A DNA stretch of 59,407 bases, the filler included. It is 6 parts of 6 records of this genome, joined end to end, with 100 filler letters (N's around TTAATTAATTAA, not from the genome) between each part and the next. Parts side by side here need not be neighbours in the genome. Positions count along the whole stretch, not along the records: positions 46,215 to 54,111 come from SRR31147125_44131; positions 54,212 to 59,407 come from SRR31147125_44266; 4 more parts are not named here. One strand, 5' to 3'. Positions 50,796-59,407 of the stretch are shown here, piece after piece. The position numbers were made by a program, and so were the translations under genes. The notes beneath the pieces were generated by a model. That model searched no databases. It saw only the letters and a list, made by a program, of their open reading frames with translations, and was not told the DNA's origin. The first letter of the stretch is position 1, and every line of letters starts with the position of its first letter.

Positions 50796-51740
50796 ATGAC
50801 AGCAGGGTCAAATATATTACTTGAGAGTGGAACCAATGAAGTTGAGATGCTTGAATTTCTTCTCGACAATCAGTCATTCGGGGTCAATGTTTCCAAAGTA
50901 ACCTCCATTGTCCGTTTTGAAGATCACCTTCTTACCAATATGCCGGATATGCCAGCCGAAGTTATGGGAGCATTCATGTTCAGAGGAGAGACAATTCCCC
51001 TGATAAACCTCTCTCAGGCTCTCCACCGTCGTGACTGCTCAATGAAGAATGAGCGCCCACTGGTTATTGCGACAGAATTTAATGAGTTCCAATGCGGGCT
51101 CTATGTCAACGGAGAGCGCATCCACCGCCTATCCTGGAAATCTTTCGTGCCGATCGACAACTCATTCTCTAAGAATATTGATCAGGGTTCGATACTCGGG
51201 ACGATTCACATCAATGAAAAAGATGTCCTTATTATTGATATTGAAAGTATCTCGACACGTCTCTTCGAAGGGCTGTCAATGGAAGAGAATGCCCACAGAG
51301 GTTTTGATGAAATCGGCACAAACAATCAGCGTAATGATATGACTATTCTGCTTGCCGAGGACTCAAGCTTTATACGTAATCATATATCCAAAGTTCTTAT
51401 TGAATCAGGCTACACCGGTATTATTGGCTTTGAGAATGGTGCTGCAGCTGATACCTGTATCCAGAAGATGATGCAAGAGAATAAAAAGCCTAATGTAATT
51501 ATCAGTGATATTGAGATGCCAATGATGGATGGTCTCTCACTCTGCAAAAAAGTAAAACAAGACTACAAGCTTGACGTACCGGTAATCATGTTCTCCAGCC
51601 TAATCAATGACCAGATGCGCCACAAGTGCGACAGCGTGGGTGCCGATGCAAGTATCACCAAGCCACAAATTACCGGTCTAGTAGAGATGCTCGATAATTT
51701 TTGCGGAGTCACCCCACCAGAAGAAAAATTAACTGTTTAA
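50796..51740 (+). CDS. cheV: chemotaxis coupling protein CheV (CheW plus REC)
   Basis: ILLESGTNEVEMLEF, FGVNVSKV, and REC AEDS..SDIEMPMMDG..FSSL. Confidence 0.92.
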   Translation: MTAGSNILLESGTNEVEMLEFLLDNQSFGVNVSKVTSIVRFEDHLLTNMPDMPAEVMGAFMFRGETIPLINLSQALHRRDCSMKNERPLVIATEFNEFQCGLYVNGERIHRLSWKSFVPIDNSFSKNIDQGSILGTIHINEKDVLIIDIESISTRLFEGLSMEENAHRGFDEIGTNNQRNDMTILLAEDSSFIRNHISKVLIESGYTGIIGFENGAAADTCIQKMMQENKKPNVIISDIEMPMMDGLSLCKKVKQDYKLDVPVIMFSSLINDQMRHKCDSVGADASITKPQITGLVEMLDNFCGVTPPEEKLTV

Positions 51741-51769
51741 AAACCAACAGAATATTACTCTATCTTTTT

Positions 51770-51803
51770 AACAGTCAACCGGATCTTCCAGTTGGCTGTT
51801 TTT
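51770..51803 (+). terminator. rho-independent terminator after cheV
   Basis: AACAGTCAAC-CGGA-TCT-TCCA-GTTGGCTGTT followed by a T-tract. Confidence 0.65.
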
Positions 51804-51962
51804 GATAAGATAAAAGCAATTTGTTCAATTTACTTTCAGCCCAAAGCTCTTTACATGAAAAAGGACATCCTTATAACGTGAAGATTATAAATGGTGACTT
51901 ACACGAATTATTTTACAGACTCTATCTTAGAAATAATATTTTCCCATCTTCTTAAATTATAC

Positions 51963-53868
51963 CTACTGCAAGCAAACGATATTATCTTCACCAAACCATT
52001 CACACGCTTTTATAAGAACCTTTCTTGGAGGGTTATGATAAAATACAGCTAAGTTTTCTCTTGCTCTTGTGCAACAAACATAAAATAACTTCTTCGACCT
52101 ATTTATTACGGTTTCTTTGCCGTTATCTGTGAATAAACTTTCAAAATTATACTGATTCCAATTACCATTATCTAGAATTACCAGGACATTATCAACCTCG
52201 GTTCCTTTAGTTCTATGCTGAGTTGAGAATGGAGTATGCCCTTCTAAGTAATTATATAGATTTTGAAATTGACTGAATGGTACTGTACGTACTCTTTCAT
52301 ATAAATACACTTTTTCACGAATAAAGCGTTGTAGTTTGTCACCAATAATACAGATTCCAGTTGAGTTTGCTTCGTCAATAATATCACCAATTGATTTTTC
52401 ACCTGTATAAACTAACGACTCTATTCTCGATTTTATGTTTTTTATCTTCAATTGAGGATATCTTGTAGTCAGTTTTTTTAAGAAAATCAAATAGTAAACC
52501 ATCATTATATAAGGAAATCGTATCTTGAATTTTGTTTAAATGTTTTATCAGATGATCACGCTGTGAATTTGGTTTAGAAAGATCATCAGGATCATCTTTC
52601 GCATCATCCATAAGTTGCTCAGAGTTAACAAAAAGAGACGAGATCTCTTCATAGTTGCATTTCAATGCAAAGTCGTATTCCTTATTGTGATTATCAATAT
52701 ATATTTTCATTCCTTTTGTAGGTAATACCGCGGCGAGATCTCTTCCTGTCTTTCCTGTTTGTAGAATACTAACTACTTCACCAAATGTTTTCTCAGAATA
52801 ATCCTCAGTAACATTCAATTTAACATAGTGGTTTATCATTTTTACATAAGCTAGAATTTTGTCACCATTATAGATTTCATATAACTTATCAAAACCACCT
52901 TTTTGTGATATTAAATTATGTGTTAAATTCAGTTCTTTGGTTTGAGACAAATCCCACTGTAAATACTCTCTAACTGTTTGAATATCTGAGCTATCTGAGT
53001 AAATAAACTTAGCGGTTCCTTCTTTTACTGCACTTCCCTGCATATTTGGAGCACTCTCGTCTTTCGCTGGCTCTTGAACAACACTATCTGTTCGTAGTAT
53101 ATTTGCTAACCCAATAACTCTACTTGGGTTTCTTCTGTTTTGCGATTTAATAACTTCCTCAACATTACCTCCATTACATGATAAGTAATTGTTTAAATGC
53201 TCAACTCCACCTGCATATATTGCCTGCATCGAATCTCCAAAAAAGCCCACGATGGTTTTCTTGTCAGACTGTGGTAAGCATTCCAGTAAAATCTTTATTA
53301 CAGATTCAGCTGTATCTTGGTATTCATCTACAAAAATATATTGGTATTTGTCTTTTGTTATATTGCAAAGCTTTGGATACTTTTCATACATTTTATGAGC
53401 AACCAATAGTACCTCATCATGAGATATGATACCACTTTTTAGACGATTAAACTCTTTATACTGTATCCCATCTTCTAGATCATCGTAAAAAGATGGCTCT
53501 ACTTCGACTTCATCAGATAAAGTAAATGACTTATAACAAGCATCTTCAGACTGTATTAATTCCCATAGTACTCTTTTTAAATTGTGTTGGTATGTTTTAA
53601 TGTTATCCCATAGAAAATCATGAATTGTGGATACTGATAATCTATCATTGTTAATTCTATCGCTAATCTCTCTTTTTGCTGCATTAGTATAGGTAATACA
53701 TGCAACCTTATCATTTTTCTTGTTGTAAAGAACTGTACGTATAACTTCTTCCAACGAATATGTCTTTCCGCTCCCAGCTCCACCACTAAGAAGAAAGTTT
53801 TTACCTTGATCAATAATAGCTATAATCTGTTTTGTTTCATTGGTTACACTTAATCCTTCTGAAGCCAT
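51963..53868 (-). CDS. UvrD/REP superfamily-1 helicase, GajB-like, frameshifted at the T6 run 52438-52443
   Basis: GGAGSGKT, CITYTNAA, STIHDF, VDEYQD, GDSMQAIY and NRRNP. The second frame supplies STQHRTKGTEVDNV and LFYVCCTRARENL. ATG 53868 overlaps the upstream gene. Confidence 0.9.
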
Positions 53869-54110
53869 AATAAGCCTTCCTTGATATATAGTGGAACTTC
53901 CCAATTTGTAAACTGCTTTCCAGAGTCATCATCGTGGGTACTATTAAATAATACCTCTATAGCAAGTTTAGGCTTACTGTTAATTGCAACATTGGCAAAT
54001 TTATATGGATCTATTTTACCTTCAATATAATCCTTCACAGGTTTTTGCGTCAATGAAGAAAATGCAGTTTTTGAATCTGATCCAAGTAAATCCTTATTTA
54101 AGCAGAAAAA
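53850..54110 (-). CDS. C-terminal fragment of a probable OLD-family ATP-dependent endonuclease (GajA-like)
   Basis: Frame open from the contig edge. It ends ..SKPKLAIEVL..WEVPLYIKEGLLWLQKD*, a typical OLD/TOPRIM C-terminus, and overlaps the helicase start by 19 nt. Confidence 0.7.
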   Translation of the reverse strand, partial: FFCLNKDLLGSDSKTAFSSLTQKPVKDYIEGKIDPYKFANVAINSKPKLAIEVLFNSTHDDDSGKQFTNWEVPLYIKEGLLWLQKD

Positions 54111-54111
54111 A

Positions 54112-54211
54112 NNNNNNNNNNNNNNNNNNNNNNNNNNNNNNNNNNNNNNNNNNNNTTAATTAATTAANNNNNNNNNNNNNNNNNNNNNNNNNNNNNNNNN
54201 NNNNNNNNNNN
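54112..54211. other. artificial contig linker
   Basis: N44-TTAATTAATTAA-N44. Confidence 0.99.
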
Positions 54212-54451
54212 TTTATAATTGTAGTGCACAAAAAACATTTCCGAAAGATTGGTTTCCGGGAAACCTTTGCGCATAATTTCCGATTCGAGAAAACTGGTTG
54301 TTGCAAAACTCCAGCAGGTTCCAGTACGTCCCTGACTAATAACAGGAGCGTGTTTCACCTCTTTCACAATGGTAAATTCTTCCTTTTCTTCTTCAGCAAA
54401 AACCGCAGAAACGGCAAATGCAAAAACAAACAATAGCAATAAAAATTTCAT
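54212..54451 (-). CDS. C1-family cysteine aminopeptidase (PepC/bleomycin hydrolase-like), 3' truncated
   Basis: Signal peptide followed by the catalytic Cys motif QGRTGTCWSF. Confidence 0.85.
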
Positions 54452-54454
54452 ATT

Positions 54455-54805
54455 TTACAAGTTATTTAATTCTTCTTTTAATTTTTTTGTCAGACTTTTC
54501 ACAATCAGGTCGTACGATTCGTCAATCATTTCCCGAATCAATTCACCAGGAACAGTTCCATCCAAATCAACCATATTCCAGTGCTGTTTATTTAAATGAT
54601 AACCACCGGCAATGGCAGGATAATGTGCCCTAAGTTCAATGTTTTTATCCGGGTCATTTTTCAAACTCACCCTAATATCATCAAGACTTAGCAGACAAAA
54701 CATTTTATTCATAACCTTAAAAACCAAGGTTGTTTCGTCGAAGGGAAAACTTTCGGTCACTCCTTTTTTGGCCAGACAATATTCCCTGATTTCTTCAATA
54801 TTCAT
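54455..54805 (-). CDS. MmcQ/YjbR-family protein
   Basis: YCLAKKGVTESFPF..VFKVMNKMF, GYHLNKQHWN and IDESYDL. Confidence 0.92.
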   Translation of the reverse strand: MNIEEIREYCLAKKGVTESFPFDETTLVFKVMNKMFCLLSLDDIRVSLKNDPDKNIELRAHYPAIAGGYHLNKQHWNMVDLDGTVPGELIREMIDESYDLIVKSLTKKLKEELNNL

Positions 54806-54886
54806 AATGAAAAGTTTTGGTAAAAATAGTGGAATCGGGTGGAATTAAAAATTAGAACAATATTGTTATTGAATCGCATAAGACTT

Positions 54887-54945
54887 TCACCACTCTGTCT
54901 CACTTTGTTCGACATCTCCCCTTGGGGAGAATTGAAGAGGGGTGA
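54887..54945. repeat. REP-like nested palindrome
   Basis: Outer TCACCACTCT / AGAGGGGTGA and inner TCTCCCC-TT-GGGGAGA. Confidence 0.45.
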
Positions 54946-54981
54946 GTTCACAAATAAAAACATTGCCTGAATGAATACACT

Positions 54982-55344
54982 CTACATCGTCGGATAAAAA
55001 GCATCTTTAAAATGCTCCAACTCGTGGCCTTGCTCGAAAAAAATAATGGTAATTACGTCGAAACGCGTATCTAACTCAATCTCGTGCTCTATAATGTAGG
55101 CATCGGCAGCATTAACAATTCTCCTGATTTTTGCATCGGTTACCGCCTCCGACGGGTGTTCGTAACGAAGGCCGGAACGCGCTTTAACTTCAACAATTAC
55201 AAGCTCGTCGCCATCTTGTGCAACAATATCCAATTCCAGGTGGCCGTGATACCAGTTGGTAGCTTTTATTTCGTAACCCAGCTTAATTAAGTATTGCTGA
55301 GCCATTCCTTCTGCTATTCTTCCAAGTTCTTTGGCCGTTACCAC
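54982..55344 (-). CDS. yraN: YraN family (UPF0102) putative endonuclease
   Basis: LGRIAE, NW..ELDIVA..VEVKAR and RFDVI. Confidence 0.92.
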   Translation of the reverse strand: MVTAKELGRIAEGMAQQYLIKLGYEIKATNWYHGHLELDIVAQDGDELVIVEVKARSGLRYEHPSEAVTDAKIRRIVNAADAYIIEHEIELDTRFDVITIIFFEQGHELEHFKDAFYPTM

Positions 55345-55357
55345 TTTATTTCAATAT

Positions 55358-56266
55358 TTAAGGTTGAAAGTTTAGAATCGTTTTTTCTTTGGAAACATTA
55401 AGCTCCCATTCTCTGCCAAATACAAGTGCCAGGTTCTTTTTATCGTGCCCGCCCGGAAAACCGTAACAAACCGGGTAAGAATAATCTTCAACTGCTTCGG
55501 CAATAATTTCGTGTACTGTTTTTCCGAAAGGCGATTCATTGTCTTTCATATCAGTAAAATCACCCAAAACCAGCCCGGCCAGGTTATCCAGCTTTCCACT
55601 TAATTTTAACTGATGAATCATGCGGTCGGTGTGGTATAAAAACTCATCAATATCTTCAATGAAAAGAATTTTCCCACTGGTGTCTACATCGTAAATTGTT
55701 CCTTGCAGGCTGGTTAAAATTGAAAGGTTACCGCCTACTAATTCCGATTTCACCGTTCCGCTATAATTATATTCTGAAGCTGCAACCTCGTAATTAATTG
55801 CTTGCCCGCTTAGTAATTTCATCATTGAAGTAAGATCCTCGGTAGGATTTCCTTCCTTATCGAAAAAATAGCGCGGCATCACTCCATGAATAGTTGGTAT
55901 GTTCTGATTATTCAGGCACGAATGCAGAATAGTAATATCGCTAAATCCTACCAGCCACTTTGGATTTCCGAGAAAGCCAGAAAAATCGAGTTTGTCGATT
56001 ATACGTACCGTTCCGTAACCTCCGCGGGAGCAAATTATTGCATCGCAATCAGGATCGTCGAGTGCCTCCTGTACATCAGCAAGACGTTGTTCATCGGTTC
56101 CGGCAAACTGGAAATGCTCGGCAAAAACATGTTTTCCCAACTCAACATTATAGCCTTGGTTTTTGAGCCATTCAACAGCAGGCAATACGTGTTCTTTTGC
56201 AATTTTCCCGGCTGGTGAAACTATTCTGATTTTTGAACCGGATTTTATCGAATTTGGATGTATCAT
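55358..56266 (-). CDS. LD-carboxypeptidase (S66)
   Basis: RGGYG, GFSDIT, GGNLS, LFIED and GH. Confidence 0.93.
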   Translation of the reverse strand: MIHPNSIKSGSKIRIVSPAGKIAKEHVLPAVEWLKNQGYNVELGKHVFAEHFQFAGTDEQRLADVQEALDDPDCDAIICSRGGYGTVRIIDKLDFSGFLGNPKWLVGFSDITILHSCLNNQNIPTIHGVMPRYFFDKEGNPTEDLTSMMKLLSGQAINYEVAASEYNYSGTVKSELVGGNLSILTSLQGTIYDVDTSGKILFIEDIDEFLYHTDRMIHQLKLSGKLDNLAGLVLGDFTDMKDNESPFGKTVHEIIAEAVEDYSYPVCYGFPGGHDKKNLALVFGREWELNVSKEKTILNFQP

Positions 56267-56479
56267 AAATTATGTAGGAAGACCGAAGACGAAGGTTTTC
56301 TCTTTCATCTACGGTCTTTATTTTTTATGTAAATATACAATTTTAAAAGTTGGAAGAATGAAGTCGGAAGTCGGAAATTTTTCGCCTTCATTTCCGGTCT
56401 TTAATTTCTGCAATTGTCTATTATGAGCAAATTTCTCGGTCGTTTCTCCTTCGAAATGACAATCCCAAAAGCGTTTCCC

Positions 56480-57697
56480 TTAGTTTAAAGCCACCTCAAT
56501 TTCAGCACAAAATACCTGCTTCAAATCGTTACGTTCGTTTAACGATTTCCAGATTGTAGCAATGTTTCGTTTCGGGACATCGTTAAACAAAACTTCGCCG
56601 TTATATTCTACCTTAACTTTTTTATCCAAATCAAACATTTCATCGTTTAATCGGATTATCAAAGTATCGGCTAATTCAGCTTTCTCAATGTTAATATTCT
56701 GACCGACGATACTTGCAATAACTTCAGCATCTTTCACCGCCTTTCCTTCGGGAACTGCCAACCAATAAAAACGATTGTGTGTTACGCTGCTTTGTTTCCA
56801 AACCACTTTCTCAGGATATGGATTCCTGTCAAACTCTCCCATCCAGTTAAAAGCTGCAGTGTCTTTATGCTCCATCCAGTGCCCCATTCCTTCGTATAAA
56901 TTTACACGATTAACGTATCCTTCCGGATCATTTTTCTGAAGTTCATCCAACTTTCCTCCCCATTCTGCTGCAATTTTATTTCGGTCGTAGGCAGCATCTT
57001 CTGCTCCCATTTGTATGGCAAAAGGTAGATTACGCAATCCAAGTGGCGATGCATCATTTGGGTGACCGGCCATCATTGCGGCGGCTGCAAATTGGTCAGC
57101 CATTCGCGGAGCCAGTTGGTAGGTTCCGTCGCCTCCTGCCGAATATCCTGTTAAATAAACACGGTTGGTATTAATATCTTCAAACACATCGGCCAGTTGA
57201 ACAAACAATGCAAAAAACTCGTCGATGTGCGATTGGTGCCACAAATTACAGGTATTGGTTGGCGCGCGCGGAGCCATATAAATTCCTTCGGTAGGCTCAT
57301 ACAGTTTTTTCTGGTTCTCCCATTGCTGGTCGTTCAGCTCTGCCGGAGCACCTCCGCCACCGTGCATCGAAATATACAAACTCCATCCATTGGCCGGCTT
57401 TTCTCCAAATTTTTTATACTTAAATTTTAGTTGATATTCCCCCAACACCAAGGTTTCGTTTTGCCACTGGGTATTATATTTTATCTTGAATTCTTGTTCG
57501 AGGTGTTCATTTATTAACGCTACTGCCTGTGTTGTTTGCTCTTTCGTAATTTCGGTTTTCAGATTAGAAATCGAGTCAGGATTTTGATTTAATAAATTTT
57601 CCAAATTTCCGAACTCTTCCGCATTCTCAGAAGAATTCTTGCCACAAGCAGCGAGTAGTAAAGCAACTGCAAATAAAAATAAAACTTGTCGTAACAT
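56480..57697 (-). CDS. lipoprotein alpha/beta hydrolase (dienelactone hydrolase/esterase-like)
   Basis: Lipobox LAAC, MHGGGG, GYSAGG nucleophile elbow, GAED and GHW. Confidence 0.8.
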   Translation of the reverse strand: MLRQVLFLFAVALLLAACGKNSSENAEEFGNLENLLNQNPDSISNLKTEITKEQTTQAVALINEHLEQEFKIKYNTQWQNETLVLGEYQLKFKYKKFGEKPANGWSLYISMHGGGGAPAELNDQQWENQKKLYEPTEGIYMAPRAPTNTCNLWHQSHIDEFFALFVQLADVFEDINTNRVYLTGYSAGGDGTYQLAPRMADQFAAAAMMAGHPNDASPLGLRNLPFAIQMGAEDAAYDRNKIAAEWGGKLDELQKNDPEGYVNRVNLYEGMGHWMEHKDTAAFNWMGEFDRNPYPEKVVWKQSSVTHNRFYWLAVPEGKAVKDAEVIASIVGQNINIEKAELADTLIIRLNDEMFDLDKKVKVEYNGEVLFNDVPKRNIATIWKSLNERNDLKQVFCAEIEVALN

Positions 57698-57727
57698 ATT
57701 AATTTAGTTTAGTCGATTTCTGAAATA

Positions 57728-58375
57728 TTATCGTGCCAGTAATTCATACAATTCCTCTACATCATCGGCAAAAAATGTTGGGTTTGCATCGCGCAAATCC
57801 TCTTCTTTACCAAAACCATACCCTACGGCAATCGTAGAAATTTCATTTTTATTTCCACCATTTACATCATAAATAGTGTCGCCTACCATAACAATTTCTT
57901 CTGAAGGAATAAGTTGATTCGTTTCCAAAACCGACGAAATAATTCCATCTTTTTCAGCCTTTTTCCCATTATAATCGGCTCCTTCTACCTGCAAAATATA
58001 TCTGTTCATTTCGAAATAATCGATAATTTTTTGTGCAAACGTTTCGAATTTAGCCGTGGCAACGTACATTTTCTTCCCTAAAGAATCCAATTCGGCCATC
58101 ATTTCCAAAATACCGTCGTAAGGTTCGTTCTGGTGCCAGCCGTGTTCGCTGTAATACGCCCGAAAATGCTCAACTGCAAGTTTTGTATTTCGCTCGTTCA
58201 TTCCGAAAACAGTCTTAAATCCCCATTGTAAAGGCGGACCAATCATACTTTGCAAAACATCAAGAGGAGGAGCTTCAACCTGCATTTGGTCAAGCGCATA
58301 TTTTAACGAATTCTGAATCCCAGCGGTATTATCGGTTAGTGTTCCATCGAGATCGAATATTATATGAGTAAACAT
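57728..58375 (-). CDS. HAD-superfamily hydrolase (phosphoglycolate phosphatase/nucleotidase-like)
   Basis: FDLDGTL, VATAK and MVGDTIYD. The probable start is ATG 58375. Confidence 0.92.
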   Translation of the reverse strand: MFTHIIFDLDGTLTDNTAGIQNSLKYALDQMQVEAPPLDVLQSMIGPPLQWGFKTVFGMNERNTKLAVEHFRAYYSEHGWHQNEPYDGILEMMAELDSLGKKMYVATAKFETFAQKIIDYFEMNRYILQVEGADYNGKKAEKDGIISSVLETNQLIPSEEIVMVGDTIYDVNGGNKNEISTIAVGYGFGKEEDLRDANPTFFADDVEELYELLAR

Positions 58376-58514
58376 AGTTTTAAAATTTTTGCGAAAGTAA
58401 CACTTTAAAGCTCCACTTCTCAAATTCCAGATGACAAATAATTCTCAAATTCCATTTTTTAAAATTGGAATTTATTTGATATTTGGAGCTTGCTATTTGG
58501 AATTTCTTTTTCAT

Positions 58515-58522
58515 TATCTTTG
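58515..58522 (+). promoter_or_regulatory. Bacteroidota sigmaA -7 box
   Basis: TATCTTTG matches TAnnTTTG, about 100 nt upstream of metG. Confidence 0.55.
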
Positions 58523-58624
58523 CAGCCCTAAAAATCAAGTTAATAAAAGGAATCGTCAGAAATGATAAAATTTTGAAACAACGAAGAAGTTTGCATTTAT
58601 CACGATTTCGCCAAAAATAGAATT

Positions 58625-59407
58625 ATGAGTAAGTTCAAACGTACGCTAATTACCACAGCATTACCTTATGCCAATGGGCCAATTCACATTGGTCACCTTG
58701 CCGGAGTTTATGTTCCAGCCGATATTTATGCACGCTACCTTCGCCTGAAAAACGAAGACGTGATTATGATTGGTGGCTCTGACGAACACGGCGTGCCAAT
58801 TACTTTAAAAGCTAAAAACGAAGGTATTACACCGCAAGATGTGGTTGACCGCTACCATGGAATTATTAAAGATTCGTTCGAAAAATTTGGTATTTCGTTT
58901 GACGTTTACTCACGTACAAGTTCTGAAACTCACCATGAAACAGCTGCCGATTTTTTCAAAAAATTATACGCCGAAGGGAAGTTTGTTGAAAAGACTTCGG
59001 AGCAATATTACGACGAAGAAAACAAGCAATTTTTGGCCGACCGTTACATTATTGGAACTTGTCCGAAGTGTGGTTTCGAAAAAGCTTATGGCGACCAGTG
59101 CGAAAGCTGCGGAACGTCGCTTAGTCCGACAGAGTTAATTAATCCAACATCGACCATTAGCGGAAATCAGCCAATTTTAAAAGAAACTACTCACTGGTAT
59201 TTACCACTCGACCAGTACGAACCTTGGTTGAAAGAATGGATTTTAGAAGGCCACAAAGAATGGAAAACCAATGTTTATGGACAATGTAAATCGTGGATTG
59301 ACAGTGGTTTGATGCCACGCGCCGTAACACGCGATTTAGATTGGGGAGTGCCTGTTCCGGTTGAAGGTGTTGACGGAAAAGTATTGTACGTTTGGTTCGA
59401 TGCGCCA
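58625..59407 (+). CDS. metG: methionine-tRNA ligase, 3' truncated (absent from the ORF track)
   Basis: Manual translation [27 protein letters not shown] (HIGH motif), GSDEHG, Zn knuckle [22 protein letters not shown] and YVWFDAP. Confidence 0.97.
   Translation, partial: MSKFKRTLITTALPYANGPIHIGHLAGVYVPADIYARYLRLKNEDVIMIGGSDEHGVPITLKAKNEGITPQDVVDRYHGIIKDSFEKFGISFDVYSRTSSETHHETAADFFKKLYAEGKFVEKTSEQYYDEENKQFLADRYIIGTCPKCGFEKAYGDQCESCGTSLSPTELINPTSTISGNQPILKETTHWYLPLDQYEPWLKEWILEGHKEWKTNVYGQCKSWIDSGLMPRAVTRDLDWGVPVPVEGVDGKVLYVWFDAP

Noticed and set aside
9306..54211. Five identical TTAATTAATTAA palindromes as a biological repeat, or cross-segment gene clusters
   Set aside because: They are N-flanked artificial linkers, and the segments come from different organisms.
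58839..59138. 99-aa ORF in the track
   Set aside because: It is an out-of-frame overlap within metG.
1..59407. CRISPR arrays, rRNA, tRNA, prophage or retroelement genes
   Set aside because: None were recognised on manual reading. Short RNAs could be missed without covariance models.

Overview
This window is not one replicon. It is six unrelated contigs joined by five artificial 100-nt linkers (N44-TTAATTAATTAA-N44), so no gene context crosses a linker. Taxon calls are inferences from gene content and style. (1) 1-9305, probably Desulfobacterota: a decayed IS3 element, a PAS-PAS sigma54 activator, a sigma54 promoter with three palindromic upstream sites, a Liv-type ABC importer and an Fe-alcohol dehydrogenase. 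(2) 9406-28685, possibly KSB1/Calditrichota-like: a 19-kb co-oriented run with FAH hydrolase, nitrilase, flippase, methyltransferase, DNPH1/RCL-like hydrolase, dinB, heparinase II/III-like protein, a LytS-type kinase lacking its phospho-His, TPR protein, ttcA, D-glucuronyl C5-epimerase, GT4, M23 peptidase, rhomboid and galM. (3) 28786-38339, Clostridia: PP2C-like protein, an MCP without a sensor domain, hydrolase, lipoprotein, flavodoxin, a URO-D-family gene with a divergent PucR-type regulator, and several palindromes. (4) 38440-46114, Acholeplasmatales-like (code 11): S10/spc operon from rplP to map. (5) 46215-54111: hybrid kinase, HD-GYP regulator, cheV and a truncated Gabija-like OLD-nuclease/UvrD pair. 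(6) 54212-59407, Bacteroidota: housekeeping genes up to metG. Many genes carry single-base indels in homopolymers, most likely sequencing errors. The best leads are the C5-epimerase polysaccharide locus, the pseudokinase-TPR pair and the Gabija-like defence pair. None can be shown to be a new system from sequence alone.
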